Positions 33,973 to 43,932 of a stretch of 64,000 bases of DNA are shown piece by piece (position 1 is the first letter of the stretch; each line of letters begins with the position of its first letter). Both the position numbers and the translations under genes were made by a program. The stretch is from NCBI GenBank assembly GCA_963745035.1, contig CAVUVW010000011.1:96001-160000 (forward strand). Direction: 5' to 3'. This DNA is from an uncultured delta proteobacterium. Its GTDB lineage: Bacteria; Desulfobacterota; Binatia; UBA9968. The notes beneath the pieces were generated by a model. The model was not told where the DNA came from and searched no databases. It saw nothing but the letters and a program-made list of their open reading frames with translations.

Positions 33973-34875
33973 ATGCGGCAGGTCATTCGACGATTTTTGA
34001 AGCACCTCCAAGCGGAGAAAAACGCAAGTCCATCCACCATAGAATCCTACCAATACGACCTAAACAAGTTCGACGACTATGTCGTTCATCGACTCGGAAA
34101 CAGGTTCTTACCAGGAGATATTTCCCGCGACCACATACGAGATTATCTTACGTGGCTCTCGGAAGCCATCAAAAGCCAAACGGTCCATTGGCTTGTGCAC
34201 GGGCTTTGGCAGCGATACGGTCGTTTTTTAAATACGCTCATCGAGCAGGGATGCTGAGAGACAATCCCACTGCAGATATTGCCCTTCCAAAAATCAGGAT
34301 GGGCGAAATCCGCGCTCTGTCACAGGATGAATGCGGTCGGCTTCCTGCGAGTTGTCGAGACGAATCGGAGTCCATTTAGAAAAATCAGGGACAGGGCAAT
34401 AATAGCGACATTCCTCTTAACCGGAGCGAGATTACGCGAAATTGTGCAGCTGGACAAAGCCGACATCGACCTTCATCAATCGACAGTACGGCTGCATCGT
34501 AAAGGCGGGGACATTAACATACTGCCTTTGGCTGACTCGGCAAAAACAGAACTGAAATTGTACCTAAAGCAGCGGCGGAAGAGGAGCCGCGCAAGGGCAC
34601 TATTTATATCTTGCCAGAATCGAAGAATATCACGTGGCGCGGTTTGGTATCTGGTGAAGAAATATTTCAAGAAATGCCGACTGAGAACGCGCGGCATGGG
34701 ACCACACGCTTTGCGGCATACCTTTGCGACACTGCTTTTAAGCCACGGAGAAAACCTCAGAGTCATTCAGAGTCTTATGAATCACAAAAGTCTGGCGACG
34801 ACAGCACGGTATTTGCCTTCGCGAAGCAAAGAGCTGGTAAAAGCCGTGAACGGTCTGAAGCTGTTGCGTGGCTAG
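33973..34875 (+). CDS. XerC/D-like tyrosine recombinase (two compensating frameshifts)
   Basis: SAM-like N-domain (SPSTIESYQYDL; RALAAIRSFFKY); catalytic LTGAR, RKGG, HALRH, NH, TARY; ~300 aa; no IntI-specific insertion. Confidence 0.92.
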
Positions 34876-34899
34876 AATGTGCCGTCGTTCAGTTCAATT
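34870..34899 (+). repeat. R3: core B half-site overlapping the recombinase stop codon
   Basis: GGCTAGAATGT GCCGTCGT TCAGTTCAATT. Confidence 0.85.
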
Positions 34900-35123
34900 C
34901 TGCAAGGTATCCTAAATTCGTCCCTTTTTTTCTGCATACAAAGCAACTTCTTGTGGTCCTATTAATGGAAAGCGACACGGCGAAAATAACAGAGAAGGGT
35001 GGGAGCCAACACATGTGCAGGAGATCCGTTTGCAAGACGATAGTTTCTATTTGAAGTTTGTTCAATATTAGACAGCAATCGTGACCTAGGAGTATATCGT
35101 GATGTCTCATACTGGAGGTCGTC

Positions 35124-35645
35124 ATGCGAACCATTTTTATTTTACCCTTCATATTCGCTGCTTGGATTGTGATGCCGACGGTTTCAGGCGCCCAAGTAGG
35201 AAAAGACGCTACGTCGCCGGGGCAGCTTGCACCGGGCGCTGTGCAAGGCGCACGCATGGAGAGTTGCAAGGCAAGTACCAAAACGGAAATCGCGTTGCTG
35301 TTTGACCGCTGGAATCAGTCGCTGCAGACAGGTGATCCGCGCAAGGTGGTCGCCAATTATGCGGAGCCTTCGATCCTCTTGCCCACCGTTTCAAACAAAC
35401 CACGTCTCACGCCAGCCGAGAAGGAGGATTACTTTCATCATTTCTTAGAGGACCGCCCTTCCGGCAAGATTGACTTGCGAAACGTTGAGCTTGGTTGCAA
35501 CACTGCGGTTGATGCAGGTCTTTACACCTTCACGTTTGCCAGGACAGGGGCAACGGTCAGCGGACGCTATACCTACACCTATCGCTGGAACGGTTCAGAA
35601 TGGTTAATTACAAGTCACCATTCTTCAGCGATGCCAGAGAAGTAG
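35124..35645 (+). CDS. SgcJ/EcaC/DUF4440 (NTF2-like) exported protein
   Basis: LFDRWNQSL, LLPTVS, DAGLYTF, WLITSHHSSAMPE. Confidence 0.85.
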   Translation: MRTIFILPFIFAAWIVMPTVSGAQVGKDATSPGQLAPGAVQGARMESCKASTKTEIALLFDRWNQSLQTGDPRKVVANYAEPSILLPTVSNKPRLTPAEKEDYFHHFLEDRPSGKIDLRNVELGCNTAVDAGLYTFTFARTGATVSGRYTYTYRWNGSEWLITSHHSSAMPEK

Positions 35646-35652
35646 CCGAGAG

Positions 35653-35709
35653 GCATAACCCTTTATTCCAGAGGACCGCCTGTGGCGGCCGCGGATGGAC
35701 GCGTTGTCC
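35653..35709 (+). other. degenerate integron attC site
   Basis: GCATAAC just after the stop codon, then GGACCGCCTGTGGCGGCCGC hairpin, then GTTGTCC. Confidence 0.55.
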
Positions 35710-36015
35710 GGCTGTAAGACGACGACAATTGCTACTATGCTGCGTTGAACGAAGAGAAGATCGAAAAGATGGAATTGGCGTATGAAGAGAATTTGAATTT
35801 ACAGGGACTTTTGGGCTTAGGTGATTTCAAAATATTCGGGTCAATTGTGGATATGCAGAAGTAAAGCGGGACTATACGGAACTGGAGAATCATAGTTATG
35901 CGGATGGAGAGTTCCGGAGATCCCCAGCCGTGCCGGATCGACCGTCGTCTTGCAAAGCAGTTCCAGCAGGACTACCGTCATCGAGCAATTCTAGGTGAAC
36001 GGAGGAGAACCTGTC

Positions 36016-36529
36016 GCTACACGGCGTTTCACACATCGGCCTCTCGACGCTCGACCTCGCCGCCACCCGCGCCTTCTACGAGGATGTGCTCGGCTTCCGC
36101 CTAGTGACCATTGAGCAGATCGATTTCGAAGAAGGGGGATGTATCCGCCACGCGTTCTTCGACTGTGGCGATGGCCAACTTCTCGGATTCATGGAGCCTC
36201 GCGGGATCCAAGGACTACCAGCCGAATACGACACCGGCATCAATCAAAGCCTCGGGCTACCCGAATGGTTCTACCACTTCGCCTTCAACGCTGGCTCGGT
36301 CGAAGAGTTGCACGCGAAGCGCGCGGAGCTGATTGCCAAAGGCATCAAGGTCACGGCGATCGTCGACCACGAGTGGGTGCTGTCGATCTACTTCAAAGAT
36401 CCCAACGGCCTCCTGCTCGAGTATGCGGTGCAGACGCGTGCGCCCGCCGACCCTCACGTAAGCCCGGGCAGGCGCATTATGGCCAGCATGCGTGGACCGT
36501 CCCGGGTCACCGATTTCCGCGATTCCTAG
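36016..36529 (+). CDS. VOC/glyoxalase family protein (5' end unclear)
   Basis: HGVSHIGLST, YHFAF, SIYFKDPNGLLLE. Confidence 0.8.
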
Positions 36530-36590
36530 ACCTCGGTGGGATGCATCGAGAACTCGCTATCGTGCTGGGCTCGAGATGGTGAGATGAGTC

Positions 36591-36655
36591 GCATGACCAG
36601 GCGATGAAGCAGACGGTCGCTTTCGGCGCCCGGAGCTTATCACGATCCGTTAGGC
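36591..36655 (+). other. integron attC site (R'' mutated)
   Basis: GCATGAC CAGGCGATGAAGC...GCTTATCACGATCC GTTAGGC. Confidence 0.7.
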
Positions 36656-36701
36656 GCATTGACCAGGAGAGCGCTGGTATCACAGGAAAGGAGGAAATGC
36701 C

Positions 36702-37276
36702 ATGGCAAAGCCCTCGAAATTTGCTCACATCGTTTATCGCACGAGACGCTTCGAGGAGATGATTGCTTGGTACGAAAAAGTGTTCGAAGCAAGGGTGCAA
36801 TACAAAAATCCAGCCCTCGCATTTCTTACATATGACGATGAGCATCACCGTTTCGCTTTTGGCAACCTAGAAATGCTCGATCCATCCGGTAAGGCTCCCG
36901 GCGGCAAAACCGATATCGGTGTCGACCACGTGGCTTATACATACGCAAGCCTCCGCGATCTTGTCGATACTATACACGGCTCAAGAGGGAGGGCATCAGA
37001 CCTTACTGGCCCATTCGCCACGGTCCAACCCTGTCGCTCTACTACAAAGATCCTGACGGAAACCGAATCGAGTTTCAGGTCGATTGCTTTGCGACGGCCG
37101 ATGAGGCTAATGCATATATGCGAGGAGACGGTTTCTCTTCCAATCCTATCGGCGTGAACTTCGATCCAGATGAACTGGTAGAGGAATTTAAGAAAGGCGT
37201 GCCCGAGCAGCAGCTTCTCGCCCGACCCGAAGGACCACCGGCCTCAATCCCGCGCGAGCATGGTCTTGGCGCCTAA
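36702..37276 (+). CDS. VOC family (extradiol dioxygenase III-related) protein, integron cassette gene (frameshift ~36970)
   Basis: KFAHIVYRT, TYDDEHHR, YYKDPDGNRIEFQ; stop TAA lies within GCCTAAC. Confidence 0.85.
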
Positions 37277-37351
37277 CAGCGCCTTGTTGCCCGACACCTA
37301 TGTCTCGCCGCTTCGCGCTCAGCACGGCGCGGCAAAACGCGAACGTTACGC
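37271..37351 (+). other. integron attC site
   Basis: R'' GCCTAAC ... GCGGCAAAACGCGAAC GTTACGC R'; R'' is the exact complement of the upstream GTTAGGC. Confidence 0.8.
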
Positions 37352-37507
37352 GACGTGAGGAGCATGTGATGCGACTTCCGAAGCAGGTCGTGCGTATCGT
37401 GAACGCGGTCACCAAACTTGCCCTTCTCGTAGGCATCCCACGGCCTCCATACACGGCGGGAAAACGCGCTCATCGTCGAAACCGTCGGGCCGAGCGTTAG
37501 CCATCAG

Positions 37508-37575
37508 GATTGAACTGAATTCTCCATCAACGTAATCTCGCGTGGCATCACATTGAAGCGTCGTTCAGTTCAATC
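37508..37575 (+). repeat. composite site R4 (full)
   Basis: GATTGAACTGA ATTCTCCA TCAACGTAATC TCGCGTGGCATCACATTGA AGCGTCGT TCAGTTCAATC. Confidence 0.95.
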
Positions 37576-37731
37576 TCAGGCTAAATTTGATCTTGCCATT
37601 TGATGAATACTGTCGAAGGCATCGCCGCGCGGAACGTCTGATATTCAGTCAGCGTGCTTCTCAGTTCGATGTCCGCTCGCCCTCTCATAAACGGCTTGCT
37701 TGATCGCCGCAGGTAGTCAGGGGGCCACCCA

Positions 37732-38543
37732 TCAGAAGGTTGCATGCGTGTCCTGCCATCCGAGTCCGTTCCAAAACACTGTTTCGAGCAATCGCCTTAT
37801 TTTCCGACTTGGAAGATTGCGAAAGATCCCATTGTTCGGCCCTACCATGCGGTAATCCAAATGAATCCGCCGGTAATTCCATTTGACACTGTCAAGCGGT
37901 CGCCATTCGCCAGGGGCCTCCTCGCCGAACAGCCCGCTTGAGCCGCCTTCAAACCGATGGTCGACGAAAATGCCCTCTCTTGCCGGGTTGGGGCATCGTT
38001 GCTCAGTAATAGTGAGTTGTGGGACAATCTTGAATCTCTTGTATCCCAGCTGATCGAGTAGATGCAGTTGCGTGAACGTGTCCTTGATCGACGTCGCGCT
38101 TGCCTCCACCGAAATATACTTCGGCTTCTCCTCTACGCTGAGCAGACCTTCGAGGCATACGGAATCCATTCCCTCGATATCTACTTTCATGTAGTACGGC
38201 ACACCGAATTTTAGGATGACGTCCTTGATCGTAGTCGCCTCGACCTTAACCGGATGACTCTTGAATCCTCGCGCCTCGTTTCTTTTGACCCATTCGGGGT
38301 TTGCTGTCCCCCATATGCTGACTTGCTCGTTGACAAAAAAATCGATGGTTCCGACGGTATGACTGATCGCCTTGTTGATGATCTGTAATTGGCCAGAGCC
38401 GATCGCTGCCGAGAATTTGTGTACACACTCCTCGCAGAGTTGGGCATTCGCCTCGATTCCGACGACCCGAAATCCTTTTCTGAGATAGAACTCGTGTCTT
38501 CTCCTGTATGCATTCCAACGTCATAGATTAAGTCGCCTGGCAT
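37732..38543 (-). CDS. FkbM family methyltransferase (frameshifted)
   Basis: LIYDVGMHTGEDT, PYYMKVDIEG, PKYISVE. Confidence 0.85.
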
Positions 38544-38651
38544 CTCGTAATCTCCAGGGTTATGAATACGCGCCGATCCGTCTCTCGAAAGATCGTCATC
38601 GCTTCGGGCACAACGGCGCTTTTCGACTCAACGATGGGTCCGAAACCCGTC

Positions 38652-38798
38652 TGTGCTGGTTTGTGCCAGAACCAGAGCAGAACAAACACCTCCCATTGTC
38701 TAACACCCAGGAGGTGAACATTAAAATAGTTGGATTTTTTCGTTGATGTTCCGCTCTGGTTTGGCCCCGACTTGGCTCTTAATCAGCGGGTCCGGGGT
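38652..38798 (+). other. att-like remnant: TGTGCYRG direct repeat plus tRNA-Lys(CTT) fragment
   Basis: TGTGCTGG/TGTGCCAG at 38652-38669; GGCTCTTAATCAGCGGGTCCGGGGT at 38774-38798. Confidence 0.6.
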
Positions 38799-38812
38799 GT
38801 TCTGGATGCTAG

Positions 38813-38880
38813 GATTGAATTGAATTCTCCACCAACGCAATCTCGCGCGGCATCACATTGAAGCGTCGTTCAGTTCAATC
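38813..38880 (+). repeat. composite site R5 (full)
   Basis: TAG GATTGAATTGA ATTCTCCA CCAACGCAATC ... TTGA AGCGTCGT TCAGTTCAATC CTA. Confidence 0.95.
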
Positions 38881-38960
38881 CTACGGGTCCGCGAGCACTT
38901 CTTATTTGACAAATCCCTTCGTTCGGCGTGATAAATAACGCTCGAAACTCTGGGTGTGCA

Positions 38961-39251
38961 ATGAAGAAAGCTCGTCTGTCATCAATCCTGATTGCGGTAC
39001 TGATGCTCGCTGTTGCCGTCATGGCCGTCATCACGGTTTGCGATGGAGCGAGAGAATCGTGTCCGCTTTTTCCCGGCCAGCCAGAGATTGCCCATTGGAA
39101 TATCCCCGATCCGACCAGGGCTACTGGATTGAAGGAAATCGATAAGTACAGGGATGTCGCACAGCAAATTCAGCAGCGTGTGCACTTGCTTTGTGCGTTC
39201 CCGATAGAAAAGCTGGGCCACTTGGCACCAGAACAGCGTGCAACCTCATAA
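38961..39251 (+). pseudogene. chimera: ABC SBP signal peptide fused to an ArsC/LMW-PTP C-terminal fragment
   Basis: MKKARLSSILIAVLMLAVAVMA + VITVCDGARESCPLFPGQPEIAHWNIPDP. Confidence 0.75.
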
Positions 39252-39626
39252 CCGGGCTGCGAGTGCTGTTAATGGACCAGCGCCTTTGCTCATGCAGCAC
39301 GGGGGCTTTGAAAGCTCTTGTATCGCTACCGAGTCAAATAGCCGGTCCAGAAACAGCGGACATTGTTGCGGTGCTCTTCAGAATGTCTGGCGGCAGAAGC
39401 CTGTAATGCTCCGATAGGCGAAGCGCATGTTTTGGCAAATTCAAACGGTAACCCTGAAGTTCGAAACAAATGCCAAACAACTAAAGGCCAAACTCGCCTC
39501 CCTGTCGCCTCTCCCGCAAAGTCACGGGAAGGCGACAGGAAAGGGTTGAAAGGCTAGGACGTTTGGAACAGTCCGCACGTTTTTCTTTTTCTGCAAACGG
39601 CGCAAAATTCGGGTAGCAAATAAGCC

Positions 39627-42600
39627 ATGACTGCTACAGCTCCAATTATCACGCTCTCGCCGCGGGATTACGACGCGGTTTTGTTCGACCTCGACGGTGT
39701 ACTGACGAAAACGGCGACCGTGCATGCCGCGGCATGGAAAAAACTGTTCGATGGATATCTAAAGCAGCGCGCCCAAGACACCGGAGGACCCTTCGTCGCC
39801 TTCGACATCGATGCCGACTACCTGCGCTATGTCGACGGCAAACCGCGTTACGATGGCGTGGTGTCTTTTCTCCACTCGCGCGGAATTGATTTGCCGTTGG
39901 GTTCGGCCGGCGACGCGCCCGGCACGGGAACGGTACATGCTCTCGGCAAGCTAAAGGATCGATACTTCACGGAGAGTCTGGAGGAGCAAGGCGTCGAGAC
40001 TTATGAACCGACGATCTCTCTCGTGCGCACGCTGCGCGCGCAAGAGATCAAGACCGCGGTCGTCTCTTCGAGCAACAACTGCGCGGCAGTTCTGCAGGCC
40101 GCCGGCATCGCGCATCTTTTCGATACGCGGGTTGATGGCAGGGAGATCGCCCGCCTCGCGCTCAAAGGCAAGCCGGCGCCCGATGCTTTCCTCGAAGCGG
40201 CGCGGCGTCTGGCTGTCGAGCCGTCCCGCGTCGTCGTCGTGGAGGACGCGATCGCCGGCGTCGCTGCGGGACGTGCCGGCCGTTTCTGCTGTGTGATCGG
40301 TGTCGATCGAGGTGGGCATTCTAAGGCGCTGCGTGAGGCCGGTGCTAATGTCGTGGTAACGAGCTTGGCGCAGGTTAGGATCAGTCCAGAACCCGCCTCC
40401 GCCTGGACGCTAGTGTATGAAGGATACGAGCCAGCGCGGGAAAGAATCCGCGAAGCCCTATGCGCGCTAGGGAACGGCTATTTCGCTACTCGTGGAGCAG
40501 CGACCTGGGCGCGGGCGGATGAGATTCACTACCCCGGGACCTACCTCGCCTGCGGCTATAACCGAATGCGCACTGATATTGCGGGCCGGATTGTCGAAAA
40601 CGAAGATCTCGTCAATCTTCCCAATTGGCTCCCCCTCGAATTTCGTATCGGCGAGGAGGACTGGTTCGATCCGGCGACGGTCACGATCCGTCTTTATGAT
40701 CAGCGGCTAGATCTGCGACGTGGCATGCTGCTGCGAACGATCCGCTTCGAAGATCGCCAGGGGCGGCAGACTACGCTGAAGGAACGCCGTCTGGTGTCCA
40801 TGAGCGACATGCATGTGGCGGCGCTCGAGCTGAGTCTTTCTGCCGAGAATTGGTCGGCCAAGGTCACGGTGCGTGCATCAATCGACGGCCGGATTGTCAA
40901 TAGCGGCGCGCAGCTCTACCTCAAATTCAACAACAAACATCTCGAGTTGCTGGAGCGCCAGGTCCTCGACAGCGACGGCGTTTATATGCTCGTGCGCACC
41001 AGCCAGTCACATATTTACGTCGCCCAGGCGGCGCGAACTCAAGCGTTTGTCGACGGCAAAATCCGTGAGGTGCCGCGCCGTGTTATCGAAGAGCCGGAAT
41101 ACATCGGGCAAGAGATGGTGATCGACGTGCGGCAGGGCGAGACTTTGGCCCTCGAGAAGATCGCGTCTTTCTACACCTCGCGTGATCAAGCTATTTCGGA
41201 GTGCGGTTTGGCGGCGCGTAAGGCGATTGGCCGGGCGGGCCGCTTTGACGCGGTGATGGCCGAGCATGTTCTTTCCTGGAAGCACTTGTGGCGCCGCTTC
41301 GATGTGCATATTCAGCCGGCCGAACCGGGATTCAAACTGAATGTACTGATGCTGTTGCGGCTGAACATGTTTCATCTCTTGCAGGCCGTCTCGCCCAACT
41401 CGATCGGACTCGATATCGGCGTGCCGGCGCGCGGCTGGACCGGCGAGGCCTACGAGGGCCACATTTTTTGGGACGAGCTTTTTATTTTTCCGTTCCTAAA
41501 TTATCGCATGCCGGAAATCACCCGCTCGTTGCTATTGTACCGCTATCGCCGTTTGGGGGAGGCGCGTGCCGCAGCGAGAATGGCGGGGTTGCGGGGCGCG
41601 ATGTTTCCCTGGCAAAGCGGCAGCGACGGGCAGGAAGAGACGCAGGAGCTCAACTTCAACCCGCGCTCACAGCGCTGGGTGCCGGACAATTCTTACCTGC
41701 AGCGCCATGTCGGCAGCGCCATCGCTTACAACGCTTGGCAGTATTATCAAGTCACTCACGATGTCGAGTTTATGCAAGCCCATGGCGCCGAGCTGATTCT
41801 CGAAATCGCTCGCTTTTGGTCGAGTATCGCGAGTTTCAACGAGGAGAGCGGTCGGTACGAGATTAGCGGGGTTATGGGCCCGGACGAGTTCCACGAGGGA
41901 TACCCCGGCTCATCGTCGCCCGGCCTTAATAACAATGCCTTCACTAACCTCATGGCGGCTTGGGTGCTGTGCCGCGCGCTCGATGTGCTCGAACTCCTTC
42001 CCGACATACGCCGCGCCGAGCTGAGCGCCCGACTCGGGCTATCGCCTGACGAGATTGTGCGATGGGGCGAAGTGAGCCGCAAGATGGTCGTGCCCTTTCA
42101 CGGCGACGGCATCATCAGCCAGTTTACAGGGTATGAAAATCTCGCTGAGCTGAACTGGGCGGACTACCGCGCCCGCTACGGCAATATTCAGCGGCTCGAT
42201 TTGATTCTGGAAGCCGAGAACGACAGTGCGAACCGCTACAAATTATCGAAGCAAGCCGACGTGCTGATGTTGTTTTATCTGTTTTCCGCGCAGGAGCTGG
42301 GCGAGCTGTTCAGGCGTTTAGGTTATCCGTTCGACCCTGAGATGATTCATCGCAACGTTGCCTACTATGACGCGCGCTCGTCGCATGGTTCGACGCTCTC
42401 GCGCGTAGTCCATGCGTGGGTGTTGGCGCGTTCGGACAGGCCGCGCTCGATGACTTATTTCGCCGAGGCACTGCAGAGCGATGTCAGCGATATTCAGCAA
42501 GGGACTACCGCCGAAGGTGTTCATCTCGGCGCTATGGCGGGATCGGTAGATCTGGTGCAGCGCGTCTCGACAGGCATCGAAATTACCGGCGACGTTCTGC

Positions 42601-42869
42601 GACTCGATCCACAATTGCCCCAGGAAATGGAGCGGCTCGACATGCGCATTCGCTACCGCGGACATTCGCTCGATTTGCGGCTAACCCGCGATACCCTGAC
42701 AGTGCGCGGCCGCGAGCGCGGTGTCGCTGCGATCAAGCTGGGAATCAAAGACGAGGTATACGACTTTCAATGCGGCAGCACGCGCGTCTTCAAACTCACC
42801 CGCGAACAGGCTGAAAGCAATGCATCAGATAGGACGATCACCGCCAAGGGCCGAAGAGCCCGAAGCTAA
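39627..42869 (+). CDS. HAD (beta-phosphoglucomutase-like) plus GH65 trehalose/maltose phosphorylase-family fusion
   Basis: FDLDGVLT, GKPAPD, LGNGYFATRG, GHIFWDE, GPDEFH, KQADV, HGSTLS. Confidence 0.92.
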   Translation: MTATAPIITLSPRDYDAVLFDLDGVLTKTATVHAAAWKKLFDGYLKQRAQDTGGPFVAFDIDADYLRYVDGKPRYDGVVSFLHSRGIDLPLGSAGDAPGTGTVHALGKLKDRYFTESLEEQGVETYEPTISLVRTLRAQEIKTAVVSSSNNCAAVLQAAGIAHLFDTRVDGREIARLALKGKPAPDAFLEAARRLAVEPSRVVVVEDAIAGVAAGRAGRFCCVIGVDRGGHSKALREAGANVVVTSLAQVRISPEPASAWTLVYEGYEPARERIREALCALGNGYFATRGAATWARADEIHYPGTYLACGYNRMRTDIAGRIVENEDLVNLPNWLPLEFRIGEEDWFDPATVTIRLYDQRLDLRRGMLLRTIRFEDRQGRQTTLKERRLVSMSDMHVAALELSLSAENWSAKVTVRASIDGRIVNSGAQLYLKFNNKHLELLERQVLDSDGVYMLVRTSQSHIYVAQAARTQAFVDGKIREVPRRVIEEPEYIGQEMVIDVRQGETLALEKIASFYTSRDQAISECGLAARKAIGRAGRFDAVMAEHVLSWKHLWRRFDVHIQPAEPGFKLNVLMLLRLNMFHLLQAVSPNSIGLDIGVPARGWTGEAYEGHIFWDELFIFPFLNYRMPEITRSLLLYRYRRLGEARAAARMAGLRGAMFPWQSGSDGQEETQELNFNPRSQRWVPDNSYLQRHVGSAIAYNAWQYYQVTHDVEFMQAHGAELILEIARFWSSIASFNEESGRYEISGVMGPDEFHEGYPGSSSPGLNNNAFTNLMAAWVLCRALDVLELLPDIRRAELSARLGLSPDEIVRWGEVSRKMVVPFHGDGIISQFTGYENLAELNWADYRARYGNIQRLDLILEAENDSANRYKLSKQADVLMLFYLFSAQELGELFRRLGYPFDPEMIHRNVAYYDARSSHGSTLSRVVHAWVLARSDRPRSMTYFAEALQSDVSDIQQGTTAEGVHLGAMAGSVDLVQRVSTGIEITGDVLRLDPQLPQEMERLDMRIRYRGHSLDLRLTRDTLTVRGRERGVAAIKLGIKDEVYDFQCGSTRVFKLTREQAESNASDRTITAKGRRARS

Positions 42870-43078
42870 ACCGTCGAGAGTCCTTGATGAACTTCGTGTG
42901 CTTCGCGATGAGATCCTATTAATGAATACAGGACGGAAAAATCTAATTGAAGTCAGGGTAAGCTGGTCGGGAGCGGACTGGCGGAAGAAGTTTGCTCTCG
43001 GCCTGCGAATCAGGAAGTCGCGGGATTTGGCGGCTTTGTGATCCCCATGGTGTCGCTCGCCGTGTCGATTGCTCGTGC

Positions 43079-43231
43079 TTGTCCGCCTTTTGTCCGTGTA
43101 CCAGAAACAACAAGCCCCAAGAACTGCCGTTGTAAGCAGCGCTCGGGGCTTGACTTTGTTGGGCTTTGACCGCTGCTTTAGGTTCTAGTCACGATCGATT
43201 TTCGAATGGCATTCAAGTGGTGACCGGGTCG
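43079..43231 (+). other. att-like remnant: TTGTCCG direct repeat plus degenerate tRNA-Ala(GGC) fragment
   Basis: TTGTCCG x2; CAAGCCCC..GGGGCTTG hairpin; GAATGGCATTCAAG at 43204-43217. Confidence 0.5.
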
Positions 43232-43307
43232 GCCTAGCACGATCGAGCGGATAAAATCGTTATAGAGATTCTTGTAGCTCGCATCGTTGAATCCAGCATC
43301 GCGCCAG

Positions 43308-43337
43308 GATTGAACTGATTTCTCCATCAATTCAGGT
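43308..43337 (+). repeat. R6: solo core A
   Basis: GATTGAACTGA TTTCTCCA TCAATTCAGGT. Confidence 0.9.
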
Positions 43338-43719
43338 GGAGCGCAGCGCTCGGTGCTTCCCCGGCCTCTCCAGACTGGGAGTCTGGCGCGGCGATATCTA
43401 TGGTGGCATGTCTGGAGGGAGAGATTTAGTCAGCGCTTTCGAGCGTGCAACCGTCCGGCGCGACCTTGAAGATTGAAGCATCGGGAATCGTCACGTAGCC
43501 GTCCAGCCGCTTGCAGTAGTACAGCTTGACGATCGTTTCGCTTGGTATCAGTTCGCCCTCCGGGTCAATGATTTCCCGAAGACAAAAATAAGCAAGCTGA
43601 AAAGAACGTCACCGAAGAAGAAGACAAGAAGAGCGCGCTTAATTGCAGGTGCCATTGTCACACGCCGAAACACAAGCACTAGCGGGTCTTCAGCTCTAAC
43701 TGTGCTTGATAAACGCGGA

Positions 43720-43932
43720 TCATCTGTCGTGGTCGATCCACTTCTTTCCGTAACGAATGCCCCAGGCTTCGGCTTCGGCTACCGAATCGAAGGTATCTTC
43801 CGGTTTCAAAGGTTGAAAAGTTTCGCGGCCCTCCTCACCCCAGGAGACCATGACGCTCGCAATCCATTTTTGGCTGTCTGGCGTCTGATGACCTACTGAT
43901 TCAATTCTACGGCTAGCGTACAGGCGTCTCAT
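43720..43932 (-). CDS. small hypothetical protein (…EAEAWG…KKWID family)
   Basis: 70 aa, similar to 49590-49889. Confidence 0.6.
   Translation of the reverse strand: MRRLYASRRIESVGHQTPDSQKWIASVMVSWGEEGRETFQPLKPEDTFDSVAEAEAWGIRYGKKWIDHDR

Noticed and set aside
33973-34875. Integron integrase IntI or housekeeping xerC/xerD
   Set aside because: No IntI-specific insertion before HxLRH; lacks the canonical LLGH..LSTTQIYT; sits in accessory DNA flanked by its own sites.
37508-37575. Repeat as canonical attC or dif site
   Set aside because: Ends ATTGAAC/GTTCAAT miss the RYYYAAC/GTTRRRY consensus, there is no dif TTATGTTAAAT arm, and it differs from the real attC sites nearby.
38774-38798. Functional tRNA genes at 33817, 38774 and 43204
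   Set aside because: Only anticodon-to-T-arm fragments; no 5' half or acceptor stem.
39502-39541. Hairpin upstream of the GH65 gene as a riboswitch
   Set aside because: Simple stem-loop with no recognisable aptamer motif.
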